Source of the DNA: Takakia lepidozioides | Lineage: Eukaryota > Plantae > Bryophyta | Reading direction: 5' to 3' | Assembly (NCBI GenBank): GCA_030704615.1 | Contig: CM060731.1 | Coordinates: 7,068,001-7,132,000, forward strand | DNA: 64,000 nucleotides | Shown: positions 61,977 to 64,000 of the stretch, piece after piece | How the letters are laid out: each line of letters begins with the position of its first letter | How positions within the stretch are numbered: the stretch's first letter is position 1 | Position numbers and translations under genes: made by a program | Notes under the pieces: model-generated | Told to the model about the DNA's origin: nothing | What the model saw: only the letters and a program-made list of their open reading frames with translations | The model's database searches: none

Positions 61977-63913
61977 TTATTGATGCTTCACACCGAGTGT
62001 TTGCAACTTCTGGTTACAGAGGATGTAGGGTCGGCCTGAGCTTGAGAATCTGCACATCGCCATAGCCCATAACTCATCAATCACCCAATGACTGCGACAA
62101 AAGATTGATTTAACTAAATTATCAGGTTGACTGAGGCTTCTCCAAATGTGAAGGGTCAAAATCAGCATGTCAAAGCAAATTATTACCCTGCCAGAAAAGT
62201 GAGCTCAAGTTCTAGTTGGCTACATGGCACTTGCTTCACCAACAGCATTTTCCAGTAACAAATATGACCTCAGGAGAGATTTGAGTCTGCAACTAACCTG
62301 GAAGGGACAGAGCTATTAGGGTAAAACTTGCTAATCAGGTCCACGAGCTCCTTCTCAGTAAAGACCCGTTCATAGCATATGTATCGGCCAGATGCATCAG
62401 GCACCTCAAATGCAGAAATGTGAGCTTCGACCACATCCTCCACATGCGCATATGCGAACAAACCACTTTGTGGAAGCTCTTGCACCCCTGCTCACACGGA
62501 CAATTCACCTTTTTTTTCAGTTCATATTCATACACACTATGTCATATAAATGAGGAGGATGAAATCTTGTAAGATATCAAGTTGTCAAGCTTGTCCCACA
62601 AAAATCCACGCTCCCACTTCGGATGGAGAAGAGCTGCAGAGATGAGGGGTAAAATAAACTGAGGAAATGAGCGAAAGAGGAAGCTCACAGACAGAGAGCC
62701 AAGGACGAACCCTTAAGACAAGAGACAACACTTTGCTCAGAAGGAAAGAGACTGACAGTGCTAGCTCAATGGAAACTACCACCATCTTGTACAGCACATG
62801 AACAATTTTTCACATGACATTACAGAAGAACGAATGGATCGAGATGAAGTCTATGCCTGGAAGGTGAAAAGAAACACACCTTTGAGGTAAGTCAGAATAG
62901 ACTGGCTGGTGCTCATGACTTTGGGGCCCAACACAATTGCAGGATTAATAACCACCATATCCAGGCCTCTATCGGTTGCCAAAGACCATGCTGCCTTCTC
63001 AGCCTTGGTTTTTGAAAGAGGGCCCCATAGCTGCATTAGGGACAAGAAGACAACTATGTCAGCACTCACAACCTAGGTAACATCGCAGATAAGCCAATCA
63101 ACAATGTCTAGGAAACTGATATGATGGACTTCAACCAGCCATGGGCTGTGCAAGCCAAGAGCTCCTCTAGCTACGTAGCCTCAAGAATAAGTTCGTCCCA
63201 TGCCAACTGAGCACGCATGAGTTACAGCAATTAAGGGACTAGGCATGCTTGCATACCTTTTTTGATCGACAAAATTCCAAATTGCTCCAACATTTTTCAT
63301 CAATAGACTTTTCCATTTGTCGTTGATTGTCCCAGACCATCGCTGACAGTGATGATGTTAAGATCAGCCGTTTCACGAAGGAGTTCGCACATGCCTCCAC
63401 AACATTCAGAGTTCCTCGCACTTCGATATCCACCATCTCAGACTGCCATAATTAGCAGATAATGGTGTCAGAATGAGAAAAACGCCAAACAAAGTCAGAC
63501 AGCATCCGAATATGAGTTCTGAAGATGCTAAGTCCCAAATGTGAGTCTAAACCTTCCCGTTTCCAGAGGTGAATCCTTGACCTTCAAAGGGGAGGTAAGC
63601 ATTTTAGTTCCACAATGCTATAATGGCAACTCGTAGCCTACAAGAAAAGATTTCAAATGGTAAATCACCCCAGCACTGCGAAAGGCATGATTTGAAATCA
63701 AATGACATTCTTCCTGAAGGAAGAAGAGAGCGGAATAGGTACACAGACAACTCACTGGATAGTTGGAAAGAAGGTCGCTGGGCGATGAGGTATGGAATAC
63801 CCCATCACAGCCCATGACCACTTCGGCCAAGCTCCCGTAGTCGAGAAGGTCGGCATTTGTGAGATTCAACCGCTGCTCAGCACCGGGAAGTGCCATCCAT
63901 GCAGCTGCTTCAT
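61977..63913 (-). CDS. Cinnamoyl-CoA reductase-like SDR (SNL6-type), exons 2-6: 63913-63756, 63442-63257, 63030-62880, 62487-62298, 62049-61977; exon 1 lies beyond the window
   Basis: ADLLDYGSL...GCDGVFH, EVRGTLNVVEACA, VKRLILTSSLSAMVW, DEKCWSNLEFC, LWGPLSKTKAEKAAW, VINPAIVLGP, SGRYIC. GT-AG introns keep the frame. Confidence 0.92.
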
Positions 63914-64000
63914 CTGCACTCCACCCATGGCAGCCTCTTAATCCTGTCCTCCCACTACCTATCTGAACAAAGCAAGTATCATTGCACCAACTCGAATTGT

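Noticed and set aside
54300-63913. Biosynthetic gene cluster (CHIL + CCR-like)
   Set aside because: Only two genes, one disrupted, separated by a MULE remnant; no scaffold enzyme is visible in the window.

Overview
Eukaryotic nuclear DNA from a land plant, probably a non-seed lineage (bryophyte, lycophyte or fern). That assignment is inferred from the GT-AG genes, a PLS-DYW PPR, a Tcn1-like chromovirus and an RNaseH+REL non-LTR element; the species cannot be determined. The gene-rich left arm holds alpha-tubulin, a RETICULATA-related gene, SRP14 and a PLS-DYW editing factor. The right arm holds a disrupted chalcone-isomerase-like gene and a partial CCR-like/SNL6-type SDR. Between them is a ~32 kb nest of transposons (21.5-53.5 kb). 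The most striking element is a Ty3/gypsy-type retrotransposon (43983-52767, minus strand). Its pol carries a DNMT3-like C5-cytosine methyltransferase between the protease and a mostly deleted RT/RNaseH, and its integrase ends in a PHD finger. A second, truncated family member lies at 21540-23003, and the two share a covarying RNA stem near their 5' ends. The retrotransposon sits inside a RandI/Dualen-like non-LTR element that itself appears to carry a degenerate PCIF1-like methyltransferase domain. An L1 LINE (27135-41482) is interrupted by two related Pack-CACTA elements with perfect 3-bp TSDs. These have captured three exons plus introns of a plastid glucose-transporter gene, a PPR motif, and a shared unidentified fragment. 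All domain calls were made by eye from motifs; no database search was run.
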